Source of the DNA: an uncultured Thermoleophilia bacterium
GTDB lineage: Bacteria > Actinomycetota > Thermoleophilia > UBA2241
Direction of reading: 5' to 3'
DNA length: 64,000 bases
Assembly (NCBI GenBank): GCA_963715985.1
Contig: CAVQSP010000013.1
Coordinates: 160,001 to 224,000, forward strand
A model generated the notes under the pieces. It made no database searches. It saw nothing but the letters and a program-made list of their open reading frames with translations, and was not told where the DNA came from. Positions within the stretch are counted from its first letter, which is position 1. The number at the start of each line of letters is the position of its first letter. A program made the position numbers and the translations under genes. Shown piece after piece: positions 33,095 through 45,337 of this stretch.

Positions 33095-34532
33095 TCAGGG
33101 CAGTGTCGAGACGGCGCGCTCGATGAGGTGGAGCAGCGGCGCCGGGTACACGCCGAACACGATGAGGAAGGCCGTGAGCGCGGCGAGCACGGCGCCGCAG
33201 GCGCCGCCCACCGCCGCGCGCACGCTGTGGTCGTCGGGCTCGCGCACCCACATCGCGACGATGATCCGCGTGTAGTAGTACAGGCTCACGGTGCTCGTCA
33301 GCACCAGCACGACGATCAACGTCCACAGCGAGGCGCCGGCGCCGGCCGTGACCAGGTAGAACTTGCCGATGAAGCCCATCGTGAGCGGCATCCCGGCCAG
33401 CGAGAACAGGGCCACGGTGAAGGCCGCCGCCGTCCAGCGCCGCGTCCGCGCGAGACCGCGGTAGTCGGCGATCCACTCCGCCTCGCGGCCCGGGATCGAG
33501 AGCGCCGCGACCACGCCGAAGGCCACCAGCGTGGTGGCGAAGTAGGCGACGAGGTAGAAGGTCACGGCGATGGCGGCGCGCTCTCCTGTGGCGAGGAACG
33601 CCACCAGCAGGTAGCCGAGGTGGGCGATGGAGGAGTAGGCGAGCACGCGTTTGACGTTGTCCTGCCGCAGGGCCAGCAGGTTGCCGGCCACCATCGAGGC
33701 GATGGCCACGGCGGCGAAGACGAGGAACAGCGTCGAGCCCGTGTCCAGGCTCACCGGCCGGAAGTAGCGCAGCAGCAGGGCGAACATCGCCCCCTTGGAG
33801 ACCGTGGCCACGTAGGCCGTCACAGGAGCGGGCGCGCCCTGGTACACGTCCGGGGTCCACATGTGGAAGGGCACTACGGCGAGCTTGAAGCCCACGCCGC
33901 CGAGCAGCATCACGATGCCCAGCACCACCACGGCGTCGCCGCCGCTGAGGCCGCCGGTGAGGATCGGGCGCCAGCCCGCTCACCGTCATCGTGCCGGTCT
34001 CGGCGTAGACGAGCGCCATGCCGAACACGAGGAAGGCGGAGGTGGCGCCGGCCAGCACCAGGTACTTGACCGCGGCCTCCACCACGCGCTCCCGGTACAC
34101 CGGGTACACGATGAGCGCGTAGAGCGAGACGCTGAGGATCTCGAGGCCGAGGAAGAAGCTGGCGAAGTGCGTGCTCGCCACCAGCGTGGCGCCGCCCAGT
34201 GTGGCCGTGAGCAGCAGCACGTAGTACTCCTCCGGGTGCACGCCGCGGCGCTGCAGGTAGCCCCAGGAGATGACGGCCACGGCCGCCGTGGCGGCGGCCA
34301 GCAGGCCGATGTAGAAGAGCGTGTAGGTGTCGAAGGAGAGCAGCGGCGTGACCTGGCGCTGCGGCTGGGCGGCGGCCACGAACAGCGTGCCGACCGCGGC
34401 CGCCAGACCGGCGAGCGTGAGGCCCAGGGCCAGACCGTGAGAGCGGTAGAAGACGGCCGCGAGCATGACGACCACGGGCGCCAGCGTGAGCGCGATGAGC
34501 GGGAGCAGGGTGAGGACGTCGGCGGCCGTCAC
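33095..34532 (-). CDS. nuoN: NADH-quinone oxidoreductase subunit N (frameshift near 33970)
   Basis: FLGLEILSVSLY, EAAVKYLVL, FKLAVVPFHMWTPDVYQGAPAPV, KRVLAYSSIAHLGY. Confidence 0.95.
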
Positions 34533-36129
34533 GGGAGCTCGACTCCGGTGGTGTCGGCGGCCACGGCGGCCGGGGCGGCTGCGCGCCGCCGGCTGCCTCG
34601 CCGGCGTCGAGCCCGCTGCCGGCGGTGAGCTGTTGCACGGAGGCCACCGTCTGGCGCGCCGTGGTGATCAGCGGCTGCGGGTAGAAGCCCAGCACCACGA
34701 GGGCCGCGATCATGGCCGCGAACATCGCCGTCTCGCGCGGGACCAGGTCCTGGAAGCCCCAGCCGTGGGTCTCCTTGCCCTGGAAGGCGCGCTGCATCAG
34801 CCACAGCGAGTAGACCGTGGCGAACACCAGGCCCACGGCGCCGAGCACGGCCGCCCACTTGGCCACCTGCCAGGTGCCCACGAGGATGAGGAACTCGGCG
34901 ACGAAGTTGCCGAGCCCGGGCAGCCCGAGCGAGGCGATGGCGAAGAACATCGCCGTGCCGCCCATCTTGGGCGCCACCGCCCACAGGCCGCCCATCCTGC
35001 CCATGTCGCGGGTGTGGATGCGGTCCTGCAGGCCGCCGACCAGGATGAAGAGGGCGCCCGTGGAGAGGGCGTGGCAGACGAGCTGCAGCACCACGCCCTG
35101 CAGCGCCAGCGTGTTCCAGGCGAAGATACCGAGCAGCACGAAGCCCATGTGGCTCACGCTGGTGTAGGCGACGAGCCGCTTCATGTCGCTCTGCGCGTAG
35201 GCCATGATCGCGCCGTAGATGATGCCGATCACGGCGAGCACCATGCCGACGGTACGGAAGTCGTGCACCGCATCCGGGAACAGCGGCACCATGAAGCGGA
35301 TCATGCCGTAGGCGCCGATCTTGATGAGCACGCCGGCCAGGATCACGGAGCCGGCCGTGGGCGCCTCGGTGTGCGCGTCGGGCAGCCAGGTGTGCAGGGG
35401 GAAGGCGGGCAGCTTGACGGCGAAGGCGGCGAAGAAGCCGAGCATCAGCAGGAACGCCGTGCCGGAGGCCATCTTCGTGCCCAGCAGCTGGGTGAAGTCG
35501 AAGGTGTACACGCCGGTCGCGCGGCCGTGGATGAAGTACAGGGCGAGGATGGCGAGCAACATCAGCAGCCCGCTCGCCTGCGTGAAGATGAAGAACTTGA
35601 CGGCTGCGTACACGCGCCGCTCGTGGCCCCAGAGCGCGATGATGAAGTACATCGGGATGAGCATCATCTCGAAGAAGAAGTAGAAGAGGAACAGGTCCAG
35701 CGAGAGGAAGACGCCGGAGAGCGCAGCCACCGTCCACAGCAGCGTGAAGTGGAACAGACCCACGCGCTGTGTGATCCCGCGCCACGAGGCGAGCACGGCG
35801 AGCAGGCCGAGCGCGAAGGTGAGCAGCAGCATGATCACCGTGAGCCCGTCCTCGGCGAGGAAGAAGCTGATGCCGAGCTGCGAGATCCAGGTGGCCTGCA
35901 GGTGCTCGATCCAGGCGCCCTGCACGAGGCCGGCGGCGCCGGGCCCGTGGGCGGCGAAGGCGGCGCGAAGAGTACTCGCCTGCGCCGCCCACTGCCAGGC
36001 CAGCAGAACGAGCGGCGCCGCCGTGCCGGCCACGGCGATCCAGCGCGCCGTGACGTCGGAGCGGCGCGCCACGAGCCAGGCGACGGGCGCCGCCACGGCC
36101 GGGATGAGGATGTAGAGCAGCATGATCAT
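34529..36129 (-). CDS. nuoM: NADH-quinone oxidoreductase subunit M (frameshift near the C-terminus)
   Basis: DLFLFYFFFEMMLIPMY, VKLPAFPLHTWLPDAHTEAPTAGSV, KRLVAYTSVSHMG, LGLPGLGNFVAEF. Confidence 0.95.
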
Positions 36130-36136
36130 CCCGGCC

Positions 36137-38029
36137 TCACCTCAGCACCACGAAGGCGAGGATGACGACGAGGCCCACGCCGGCCACGCCGATGTACAGG
36201 CGCAGCAGGCCGGTCTGCGAGGCGCTCAGCGCGCGCCAGGCGGCCACGTTGAGCCAGGCGATGCCGGTGATGGCAGGCTCGACGAGGTCGTGGCGCGCCC
36301 AGTGCGCGAACCACTTCACCGGCACCACGAACGCGTACTCGTACACGAAGTCGAAGCCCCAGCCGCCGCGCAGGTACCGCTCGAACGCGCCGTCCAGCGG
36401 CCGCGCCGCGCGCGCCTCCGAGAGGTCGCGCCAGCTCATCCAGAACAGGTAGGAGATGCCGATGCCGGCGAGCACGACGCCGATGGTGATGAGCGCCGCC
36501 CAGGCGGTCTCGGCGAAGGCGCCCTCGACCAGCTCGGTCGCCGGCAGCGCCTCGTCCAGGAACGTCTCCAGCGGGTGGAAGCCGCCCAGCCAGCCGGGCA
36601 TCCAGACGAGCCCGCCGACCACCGAGAGGGCGCCCAGGACGTAGAGGGGCACGAGCTGCCGCGCACGCGGCCGGCGCGTGACCTCGGTGCGCTTCTCCCC
36701 GAAGAACACGACCCACACGAGACGGAACGAATAGAGCGCCGTGAGGAAGGCGCCGACGATGGCCCCGAGGTACAGCCAGACGCTGCCGTCCACCGAGCCC
36801 AGGCTCGTGGCGATGATCAGGTCCTTGCTGTAGAAGCCGTCGGTGACGAAGGGCAGCGCTGCCAGCGCGGCGGCACCGACGACGAAGGTCCAGAACACGG
36901 CCGGCAGCTCCTTGCGCAGGCCGCCCATCCTGAAGATGTCGTGCTCGTCGGCGAGCGCCTCGATGATGACGCCGGCGCCGAGGAAGAGCAGGGCCTTGAA
37001 GAAGGCGTGCGTCATGAAGTGGAAGACCGCCGCCTCCCAGCCGGACACGCCGAGGGCGAGGAACATGTAGCCGATCTGGCTGATGGTCGAGTAGGCGAGG
37101 GCGCGCTTGAGGTCGCGCTGCACGAGGGCGCTGAAGCCTGCCAGCAGCAGGGTGACGGTGCCGACGATGGCCACCGTGAGGCGCGCGTCCGGCGCCAGCG
37201 TGAAGAGCGCGTTGGTGCGCGCGATGAGGTACACGCCGGCCGTGACCATGGTAGCGGCGTGGATCAGCGCGCTCACCGGCGACGGACCGGCCATGGCGTC
37301 GGGCAGCCACGTCTGCAGCGGCACCTGCGCCGACTTGCCAACGGCGCCGCCGAGGACGAGCAGGGCGGCGGCGACGGCCACGGCGGAACCCGGCGCCCAG
37401 GTGTTCACGGCGGCGGCCATCAGCGGCTGGATGTCCAGCGTGTGGAGCTGCGTGAACAGCAGGAAGAGGCCGGCGATCAGGGCTGTGTCACCCACGCGGG
37501 TGACGATGAACGCCTTGCGCCCGCAGTACACGTTCTGCGGGTCCTCCTGCCAGAAGGCGATGAGCAGGTAGCTGCAGAGGCCGACGCCCTCCCAGCCCAG
37601 GTACAACAGCAGCAGGTTGTCCGCCAGCACGAGGATGAGCATCGAGGCCACGAACAGGTTCAAGTACATGAAGAAGCGCGTGAACGCGGCGTCGTGCTCC
37701 ATGTGCTCGGTGGAGTACAGGTGGATGAGGAAGCCGACGAAGGTGATGACCAGCACCCAGATGACGCTCACGGAGTCGAGGTAGAGGCCGATCTTGGGGG
37801 CGAAGCCGGCGACGTCGAACCAGGTCCACAGGACCTGGTGGTAGGCGTCGCCGGCGGGCGGCGACGAGATGAAGCTGCCGCACACCAGCAGCGCGACCAG
37901 CGCCGAGAGACCGACGGAGCCGGCGCCGATCCAGGAGACGGCACGCCGGCTCAGGCGCCCGTTGGTCAGGGTGAGCACGAGGAAGCCGGCGGCGGGCAGG
38001 GCGGGGATGAGCCAGAGCAGCTGCAGCAT
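36137..38029 (-). CDS. nuoL: NADH-quinone oxidoreductase subunit L
   Basis: GWEGVGLCSYLLI, KAFIVTRVGD, GKSAQVPLQTWLPDAMAGPSPVSALIHAATMVTAG, HAFFKALLFL. Confidence 0.96.
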   Translation of the reverse strand: MLQLLWLIPALPAAGFLVLTLTNGRLSRRAVSWIGAGSVGLSALVALLVCGSFISSPPAGDAYHQVLWTWFDVAGFAPKIGLYLDSVSVIWVLVITFVGFLIHLYSTEHMEHDAAFTRFFMYLNLFVASMLILVLADNLLLLYLGWEGVGLCSYLLIAFWQEDPQNVYCGRKAFIVTRVGDTALIAGLFLLFTQLHTLDIQPLMAAAVNTWAPGSAVAVAAALLVLGGAVGKSAQVPLQTWLPDAMAGPSPVSALIHAATMVTAGVYLIARTNALFTLAPDARLTVAIVGTVTLLLAGFSALVQRDLKRALAYSTISQIGYMFLALGVSGWEAAVFHFMTHAFFKALLFLGAGVIIEALADEHDIFRMGGLRKELPAVFWTFVVGAAALAALPFVTDGFYSKDLIIATSLGSVDGSVWLYLGAIVGAFLTALYSFRLVWVVFFGEKRTEVTRRPRARQLVPLYVLGALSVVGGLVWMPGWLGGFHPLETFLDEALPATELVEGAFAETAWAALITIGVVLAGIGISYLFWMSWRDLSEARAARPLDGAFERYLRGGWGFDFVYEYAFVVPVKWFAHWARHDLVEPAITGIAWLNVAAWRALSASQTGLLRLYIGVAGVGLVVILAFVVLR

Positions 38030-38031
38030 CC

Positions 38032-38340
38032 CTACCCCTTCATCTCGTCGGCGTCGTCCACGTCCAGGCGGCCCAGCGACTGGCGGAAGCGGATGGCGAT
38101 GGCGAGCCCCACGGCGACCTCGGCCGCGGCCATGGCCAGGACGAAGATGAACATCACCTGGCCGTCGGCGTGGCCCCAGCGGGCGCCGGCCACGACGAAG
38201 GCCAGGCCGGCGGCGTTGAGCATGATCTCGATGCAGGCGAGCACCACGATGAGGTTGCGCCGCACGAGCAGACCGGCGAAGCCGATGGAGAACAGCACGC
38301 CGGCGAGGATGAGCCCGTGGTTGAGGGTCACGTCGGCCAT
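38032..38340 (-). CDS. nuoK: NADH-quinone oxidoreductase subunit K
   Basis: RRNLIVVLACIEIMLNAA, DGQV, AAAEVAVGLA. Confidence 0.96.
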   Translation of the reverse strand: MADVTLNHGLILAGVLFSIGFAGLLVRRNLIVVLACIEIMLNAAGLAFVVAGARWGHADGQVMFIFVLAMAAAEVAVGLAIAIRFRQSLGRLDVDDADEMKG

Positions 38341-38924
38341 CAGACCGTGCCCCTCGTGTCGCCGGGCGCGCTGGCCTGCGGCGGCGCGCCCGCCGCCTCC
38401 GCGCCCGCGACCTCGTCAATCGGCGGCACGCACGCGCCGAGCGGCGGCTCGTCCGGCTGCGCCGCGATGTGCCGGGCGCCGACCAGGGCGGCGAGCAGCA
38501 GCATGGAGGCGAGCTCCACGCCGAGCACGTAGGGCCCGAACAGCGACTGGCTCACCTCGGCCGGTCCGACCTCCGCTCCCGAGAGCGCGTGGTTGCTGAG
38601 GCGCACGCCGTACACCACCTCGGCGAGCAGCACGGCGACGAGGACGGCGGGGCCGATCCAGGCGCGCGCCGGCACCCGTACCTGCTCCTCGGCGCGCACG
38701 TTGAGCAGCATCACGGCGAAGATGAACAGCATGATGATGGCGCCGGCGTACACGATGACCTCGAGCGCGGCCACGAACGGCGCCCCCAGGGTGAAGAACA
38801 CCACGGCCACGCCGAACAGCGACACCACGAGGTAGAGGAGCGCGTGCACGAGATTGGTCCGCGTCACGACGAACAGGGTGGCCACGACGGCCACGACGGC
38901 GGCGATGTAGAAGAGCGCGGTCAC
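38340..38924 (-). CDS. nuoJ: NADH-quinone oxidoreductase subunit J
   Basis: [50 protein letters not shown]. Confidence 0.95.
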   Translation of the reverse strand: MTALFYIAAVVAVVATLFVVTRTNLVHALLYLVVSLFGVAVVFFTLGAPFVAALEVIVYAGAIIMLFIFAVMLLNVRAEEQVRVPARAWIGPAVLVAVLLAEVVYGVRLSNHALSGAEVGPAEVSQSLFGPYVLGVELASMLLLAALVGARHIAAQPDEPPLGACVPPIDEVAGAEAAGAPPQASAPGDTRGTV

Positions 38925-39580
38925 GGCAGCAGGTCCCGGACGTCGCCGGGCGGGGCCTCGTGCTCGGCCTCGCCCTTGTCCTTGCCGCCGATGGCGAGGC
39001 CGGCGACGCGGTAGAAGTCGTGCGTGTGGCGCTTGCCCGGTCCCGAGATGAGCAGGTCCTCCTTCTCGTACACCATGTTCTGCCGGTCGTACTCGCACAT
39101 CTCCACGTCCGGCGTCAGCTGGATGGCGTAGGTGGGACAGGCGTCCTCGCAGTAGCCGCAGAAGATGCAGCGCGAGAAGTTGATGCGGAAGGTGGCCGGG
39201 TAGCGGCGGCCGTGCTCGTCCTGGGTGGCCTGCAGGGCGATGCAGTCCACGGGGCAGGCCACCGAGCACAGGTAGCAGGCCACGCAGCGCTCCTCGCCCT
39301 GCGGGTCGCGGGTGAGCACGATGCGGCCGCGGTAGCGCGGCGGCAGGTAGACCATCTCGTCGGGGTACTCGATGGTGTCGCGCGGGCGGAAGGCGTGGCC
39401 GATGACCACACCGATGCCCTGCAGCGTGGAGACCACGGTGCGGTAGACGCGCGGCGCCAGCGACTGGCCGCGCCGCGCCAGCCGCCCCGTGACCACCACG
39501 TCGGTCGTCAGTGGCGGGTGCATGTCCACCTCGGCGGCCTCGCGGCCCTGGGGCCGTGTGTGCTGTGGGTGTGTGCTCAC
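38921..39580 (-). CDS. nuoI: NADH-quinone oxidoreductase subunit I (start uncertain)
   Basis: [14 protein letters not shown] and [13 protein letters not shown] 2x[4Fe-4S] motifs. Confidence 0.95.
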   Translation of the reverse strand: MSTHPQHTRPQGREAAEVDMHPPLTTDVVVTGRLARRGQSLAPRVYRTVVSTLQGIGVVIGHAFRPRDTIEYPDEMVYLPPRYRGRIVLTRDPQGEERCVACYLCSVACPVDCIALQATQDEHGRRYPATFRINFSRCIFCGYCEDACPTYAIQLTPDVEMCEYDRQNMVYEKEDLLISGPGKRHTHDFYRVAGLAIGGKDKGEAEHEAPPGDVRDLLP

Positions 39581-39590
39581 GTCGCCGGCC

Positions 39591-40583
39591 TCACTGGAAG
39601 CGCGCCACCACGATGGCGCCGGTCACGAGCAGGTTGACGAGACTGAGCGGCAGCATGGCCTTCCAGCCGAGGGCCATGAGCTGGTCGTAGCGCGGCCGCG
39701 GGAAGGTGGCACGCGCCACGATGAAGCAGCTGATGAAGATCGCCGTCTTGATGAGGAACCACAGCCACCCCGGCAGCCACGGTCCCAACCAGCCGCCGAA
39801 GAACAGCGTGGCGATGAGCGCCGAGATGAGCGTGATGGCCACGTACTCGCCCACCATGAACAGCCCGAACTTCATGCCCGAGTACTCGGTGTGGTAGCCG
39901 GCCACCAGCTCGCTCTCCGCCTCCACGAGGTCGAAGGGGATGCGTCGCGTCTCGGCAAGGCCGGCGATCACGAACACGACGAAGCCGATGAACTGGGGCA
40001 CCACGTACCAGACGCCGTCCTGGCCCTCCACGATGTCCTGCAGATCGAAGCTCCCCGCCATCAGCACGACGCCGACGAGCGAGAGGCCCATGAACACCTC
40101 GTAGCTCACCATCTGGGCGGCGGCGCGCAGGCCGCCGATCAGGGAGTACTTGCTGTGCGACGCCCAGCCCGCGAGCACCACGCTGTACACCGCCAGCGAC
40201 GACATCGCGAGGAAGAAGAGCAGGCCGATGTTGAGGTCGGCCACCACCACGCCCTGCGTGACCGGGATGACCATGAACGAGAGCAGGGCGGTGACGAGCA
40301 CGATGGGCGGGGCGGCGATGAAGAGGGCGCGGTCGGCGAACGGCGGCACCCAGTCCTCCTTGAAGAGGATCTTGAAGGTGTCGGCGAGGACCTGCATCAG
40401 GCCGGCCGGGCCCACGCGGTTGGGGCCGAGCCGGTCCTGCACGAGTCCGAGCAGACGGCGCTCATACCAGATGAGCCCGGCGGCGATGAGCAGCACCACG
40501 AGCAGCACGCCGAGCACGGTGAGGAGCTGCCAGAACCAGGTGGCGCTGCTGGCGACGAGCGGGTGCTGGAGGAGGCCGGGCAT
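39591..40583 (-). CDS. nuoH: NADH-quinone oxidoreductase subunit H
   Basis: [63 protein letters not shown]. Confidence 0.96.
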   Translation of the reverse strand: MPGLLQHPLVASSATWFWQLLTVLGVLLVVLLIAAGLIWYERRLLGLVQDRLGPNRVGPAGLMQVLADTFKILFKEDWVPPFADRALFIAAPPIVLVTALLSFMVIPVTQGVVVADLNIGLLFFLAMSSLAVYSVVLAGWASHSKYSLIGGLRAAAQMVSYEVFMGLSLVGVVLMAGSFDLQDIVEGQDGVWYVVPQFIGFVVFVIAGLAETRRIPFDLVEAESELVAGYHTEYSGMKFGLFMVGEYVAITLISALIATLFFGGWLGPWLPGWLWFLIKTAIFISCFIVARATFPRPRYDQLMALGWKAMLPLSLVNLLVTGAIVVARFQ

Positions 40584-43460
40584 CAGGCGGGGCCTCCGAG
40601 GGCCGGCGCGTCGCGCCGCGAGATGCGGCCGCGGGCCGGCAGGGCCACGTAGGGCATGCGCGGCAGGCCCATGGGCACGCCGGCCACGCCGTCGGGCAAG
40701 GACGGCAGCAGGCGGAAGTGGGTGGCGAAGTCCATCCACGGCAGCCACAGGGTGACCGGGTCGCCGTCGGCGAGCCCGAGCTCCTCCGCGGCCGCGCCGT
40801 TCGCGGCCACGTACGGGCCGGGGCGCGCGGCCGGCGATGCCGGGCTCGTACATGCTCAGGTCGTCAGAGCCGAAGATGTGGTGCACCGGGACGAGGAGGA
40901 ACTCGCCGGGGTGCGGCGTGAAGGCGGGTGGCCCCTGCGGCGACGCGGCGGCCGTATCGCCGGGCGGGGGGGCGGGCTTCCCGGCGGCATGGGGCCCGTC
41001 GAGGAGCCGTGTGCCGGCCGGGCCGCCGCGCAGCGGGCCCTCCACCTCCTCCTGCAGCTTGTGGAGGCCGTTCCACGAGTTCCAGCCGGCCGCCCACACG
41101 CGCGGCAGCAGTGCCGCCGGCGTCTGCGAGGGCTCCAGGCCCTCCAGGGAGTAGGCGAGCGCCGAGTCGGGGTCCTCCGGCGGCGCCGGCTCGCGCACGC
41201 TGACAGCGGCGTCGAGGGCGGTGCGGCCGCTGAAGCGCGCCGGCTGGCGCGCCACCTTGCGGCCGTCCAGGCGCCAGCCCGGCGGCGGTGCGGCGGCGGC
41301 GACGCCGCGGAACTGCGGCAGCTCCATCTCCAGGGCCGCCAGCACGTCGGCGTCGTCGAGCCAGCCGCGCGCCTCCTTGCGGCCCAGGCGCTCCATCAGT
41401 TCGCGCAGCCAGCGCCACGCCTCCTGGGTGTCTCCCTGCGGGGCCATGGCGGCGAACGAGCGCTGGGCGCGGCCCTCGTTGTTCACCCAGGTGCCGGTGG
41501 AGTCGGCGAAGGACGGCACCGGCAGCACCACGTCGGCGTGGCCGGTGATGGTGTCCTCGAGCGGCGCCAGCACCAGCAGGTCCGGGGCGCGGCGCACGAG
41601 GTCGTCCACCAGCAGCGGCGCGGCGCGCCGGTACAGGTCGTTGCCGAGCATCGCGACGACGTCCACCTCGCCGCGGGCGACGGCGGCGATGGCCTGCGAG
41701 AGGCGGCCGCCGCCCATCATGCGCAGGCCCAGGCTGTTCGCCTCCGGCACGGTGAGCACGAGGCGGGCGCCCGACGGCGGTCCCCCGCCGGCCTCACCCG
41801 CGCTGCTCGCCCCGTCGTCCGCGCCCCCCGGTGCTTCGCGCGGCAGCGCTGCGGCCAAACGCGCCGCGCCGCGCAGGAGGGCGGCGGAGCCGGTCGACGT
41901 GCCGCAGATCACCAGCGGGCGGCGGCCGGCGCGCAGGGCGTCCGCCCAACGTGTCACGCGCTCGCGCTCGTCGTCGCTGAGGTCCGGCACCGCCTGCCGC
42001 CGCCGGGTCGAGCTCGTGTGCCAGCGCCAGGGCGAGGCGGGCGATGTCGTCGGGCGCCGCCCGCCAGGCCTCCGCCGCCACCTCGTCGAGCTTGGTGGCG
42101 TACGGCGTCGCCAGCCACAGCGCGCTCGGCTGGCGCCGCTTGGCCCGGCCCACGGCGGCGTCGTTCCAGCTGCGGATGTGCACGCGGTGCTCGTCGGCCG
42201 TCGGCCGCAGCCGCAGCCACGTGCGCACCGTCAGGTCCAGCATCGGCGCCGCGTTGGTGAGGTCCTCGCCGAGCACGATCACGGTGTCGGCGGCCTGCAC
42301 GTCGGCCATGGCCCCGAGTCGCTCCTCGCGTGCCACGTCCAGCACGGCGCCCACCAGCTCGTGGTCGGCGTCCGACATCCCGAGGTAGAAGCCGCGCGGC
42401 GCCCACCAGCGTGCGCAGCGCGTAGTTGGCCTCCAGCGGCTCGCGCGGCGAGCCGATGCCGATGACGCGGCGGTCGCGCAGCAGCGCTCCCGCCGCGTCC
42501 AGGGCCCGCCCGCGCCGCACCTCGACGGGGTCGCCCTCGCCGCCGGCGACCATGGCGGCGGGCCGCCATGCCACGCGCGCGGCGCGCACCCGCTCAGGCG
42601 CGTTGACGTGCGCGTAGCCGAACCGCCCGCGGTCGCAGAGGAACATCTTGTTCACGTCGCGGTTGTAGCGGCTCAGCACGCGGCGCAGGTCCCCGTTGCG
42701 CCCCCCCGGCGTGATGTTGCAGCCGAGGCCGCAGTGCCGGCACACGGCCGGGGCCGTCTGCAGGTCCCACTTGCGCGCGTAGTGGTCCGCCAGCGTCTTG
42801 TCCGTCGAACACGCCCGTCGGGCAGACCTCGATGAGGTTGCCGCTGAACTCGCTCTCCAGGGCGCCGTCCGCGGCGCGGCCGAAGTACACCTGGTTGCGC
42901 AGCCCGAAGGCGCCGAAGTCGTGGCCGCCGGCGTAGTCGTTGTACAGGCGCGTGCAGCGGTAGCAGGTGATGCAGCGGTTGAGCTCGTGGGTGATGAACG
43001 GCCCCAGGTCCTGGTTGCGCCAGGTCCGCTTGAGCCCGTCGTAGCGGCGGTAGCCGTGCCCCGTCATCACCGTCATGTCCTGCAGGTGGCACTCGCCGCC
43101 CTCGTCGCACACCGGGCAGTCGTGCGGGTGGCTGAGCATCATCAGCTCGATCATGCGGCTGCGGAAGCGCGTGGCCTCCTCGTCGGCGATGGAGATGCGC
43201 GTGCCCTCCTGCGCCTCCGTCATGCAGGCCATGGCGATGTCGCTCTTCTCCACGCCGTCCCGCCCCGTCCAGTAGAGGCGCACGGCGCACTGGCGGCAGG
43301 CGCCGATGGAGCCCATCACCGGGTGCCAGCAGAAGAACGGCAGGTCGTAGCCCAGGGAGAGCGCCACGTCCAGCATGTTGCGGCCGCCCTCCACGCGGTG
43401 CTCACGGTCGTCGATGACGACCGTGACCATCTCCGGCGTGCCGGTGCCCGGGGCGCTCAC
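40583..43460 (-). CDS. nuoG: NADH-quinone oxidoreductase subunit G, long E. coli type (several frameshifts)
   Basis: FCWHP..GACRQC (N1b), [18 protein letters not shown] (N5), [12 protein letters not shown] (N4), [16 protein letters not shown] (N7), [12 protein letters not shown]. Confidence 0.93.
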
Positions 43461-44857
43461 GGGGCCGTCTCCTCGGCGGCGGAGGACTGCGCGCCCCCCG
43501 CGTGGGCGGCCGGCTGCGCCCACACCGAACCCGGCATCACCGGCACGCTGGACCCGCTGCGCGGGTACGGGCACGTGCCGTCGGCGATGTGCTGCGCGAA
43601 GTCGTCGGCGAACACGCGCAGCGCCGACTCCAGCGGCTGCATGGCCCCCGGGGCGAGATCGCAGAACGTCCTGTCCGGGCCCATGTACCAGACGTGCTCG
43701 GCGAGGATGTCGAGGTCCTCCGGCCGGCCGCGCCCCTCCTCGATGCCGCGCAGCAGCTGCACCGTCCACTGCAGGCCCTCGCGACAGGGCGTGCACCAGC
43801 CACACGACTCCTGGGCGAAGAACTGCATCATGTTGAGCGTCATGCCGATGGGGCAGGTCTGGTCGTCGAGGATCACCGGCGTGCCGGTGCCCAGGCGCGA
43901 GCCGATCGTCTCCACGGTGTCGTTGTCGAACGCGACGTCGAGGTCGGCGGCGGGGATGAACGAGGTGGAGGCCCCGCCGGGGACGACGGCGCGCAGGCCG
44001 TAGCCGGGCAGCATGCCGCCGGCGTGCACCTCGATGAGCTCGCGCAGCGAGGTGCCCACCGGCAGCTCCATGCAGCCCGGCTTCGCCACGCGCCCGGAGA
44101 CGCCGAAGACCTTGGTGCCGCCCTCAGCGCTCGCGGAGAGGCTCTTCCACCAGTCCACGCCGTTGCGCACGATGCCCGGCACCGCCGCGTAGCTCTCCAC
44201 GTTGTTCACCACGGTCGGGCGGAAGTAGAGGCCCGCCCCCGTCATGTGCGGCGGGCGGGCCCGCGGGTTGGGCCGCTGGCTCTCGAGGGCGTTGAGCATG
44301 GACGAGGCCTCGCCGCAGATGTAGCGGCCCACGCTCTCGTGCAGGTAGATGTCGAAGCAGAAGTCCGTCCCGAGGATGCGCTCGCCGAGGTAGCCGCGCT
44401 CGCGCGCCTCCGCCAGGGCCCGCTCGAGCGCGTCCCTGGCCGTGTCGTACTGGGCGCGCAGGAAGATGTAGCCGGCGTCGGCCTGCACGGCGTAGCCGGC
44501 GATGACCATGCCCTCGATGAGCAGGTGCGGGTTGCGGCTCATGAGCCAGCGGTCCTTGATGCTGCCGGGCTCCATCTCGTCGCCGTTGCAGGCCACGTAC
44601 TTGGGGCGCGGCGCGTCGGGCCCGAGCGGCATGGTGCTCCACTTGCGGCCGGTCAGGTAGCCGGCGCCGCCGCGGCCGCGCAGGCCGGAGTCCAGCACGG
44701 TCTGCGTGACGGCGGGAGGCTCGAGCTCGCGCAGCGCCCTCTCGAGCCCCTCGTAGCCGCCGGCCGCCAGGTACTCGTCCAGGAAGGCGGGCTGCCCGTC
44801 GTCGCGCATGGCCCGGCTCATGGGCCGGTCCCAGCCGCCGGTGTCGGGCGTGCTCAC
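43457..44857 (-). CDS. nuoF: NADH-quinone oxidoreductase subunit F (FMN, N3)
   Basis: [48 protein letters not shown]. Confidence 0.96.
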   Translation of the reverse strand: MSTPDTGGWDRPMSRAMRDDGQPAFLDEYLAAGGYEGLERALRELEPPAVTQTVLDSGLRGRGGAGYLTGRKWSTMPLGPDAPRPKYVACNGDEMEPGSIKDRWLMSRNPHLLIEGMVIAGYAVQADAGYIFLRAQYDTARDALERALAEARERGYLGERILGTDFCFDIYLHESVGRYICGEASSMLNALESQRPNPRARPPHMTGAGLYFRPTVVNNVESYAAVPGIVRNGVDWWKSLSASAEGGTKVFGVSGRVAKPGCMELPVGTSLRELIEVHAGGMLPGYGLRAVVPGGASTSFIPAADLDVAFDNDTVETIGSRLGTGTPVILDDQTCPIGMTLNMMQFFAQESCGWCTPCREGLQWTVQLLRGIEEGRGRPEDLDILAEHVWYMGPDRTFCDLAPGAMQPLESALRVFADDFAQHIADGTCPYPRSGSSVPVMPGSVWAQPAAHAGGAQSSAAEETAP

Positions 44858-45321
44858 GTGTACCTCTCCAGCACGCCGCGCACGTCGGCCGGCGTGAGCG
44901 GCCCGTGCAGGTCGGCGTCCACCATGATCGCCGGGCCCCTGTCGCAGGCGCCGAGGCACACGATGGGCAGCAGCGTGAAGCGGTCGTCGGGCGTGGTCTC
45001 ACCCATGCCCACGCCGAGCTGCTCCTCGATGGCCGCCCGCAGCTCGGCGTACCCCAGCGACCAGCAGGCGAAGCTGTCGCAGACGAGGATGACGTGCCGT
45101 CCCACCGGGCGCCGGAAGAGCATGTTGCCGAACGTGGCGATGCAGTCGAGCTCCTCCACGCTCATCCCCAGGTAGGCGCCGAGGTCGGCCAGGGCGTCGT
45201 CAGAGAGCCAGCGCCGCCGGGCCTGCACGGCGCGCAGCGCCGTGCCCGCGGCGGCCCGCCGGTCCGGGTAGTGGCCGATGACGGCGTCCAGCTCGCGGCG
45301 TTCCTCGTCGGTGAGGCTCAT
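44854..45321 (-). CDS. nuoE: NADH-quinone oxidoreductase subunit E
   Basis: PVGRHVILVCDSFAC, FTLLPIVCLGACDRGP ([2Fe-2S] N1a). Confidence 0.95.
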   Translation of the reverse strand: MSLTDEERRELDAVIGHYPDRRAAAGTALRAVQARRRWLSDDALADLGAYLGMSVEELDCIATFGNMLFRRPVGRHVILVCDSFACWSLGYAELRAAIEEQLGVGMGETTPDDRFTLLPIVCLGACDRGPAIMVDADLHGPLTPADVRGVLERYT

Positions 45322-45337
45322 GCGTGCGGCCCCCCGT

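Noticed and set aside
39591-41990. Apparent NuoG-NuoH fusion (799 aa ORF)
   Set aside because: The true NuoG C-terminus is in another frame (40583..40810) with its own stop overlapping the nuoH ATG; this is an indel artefact.
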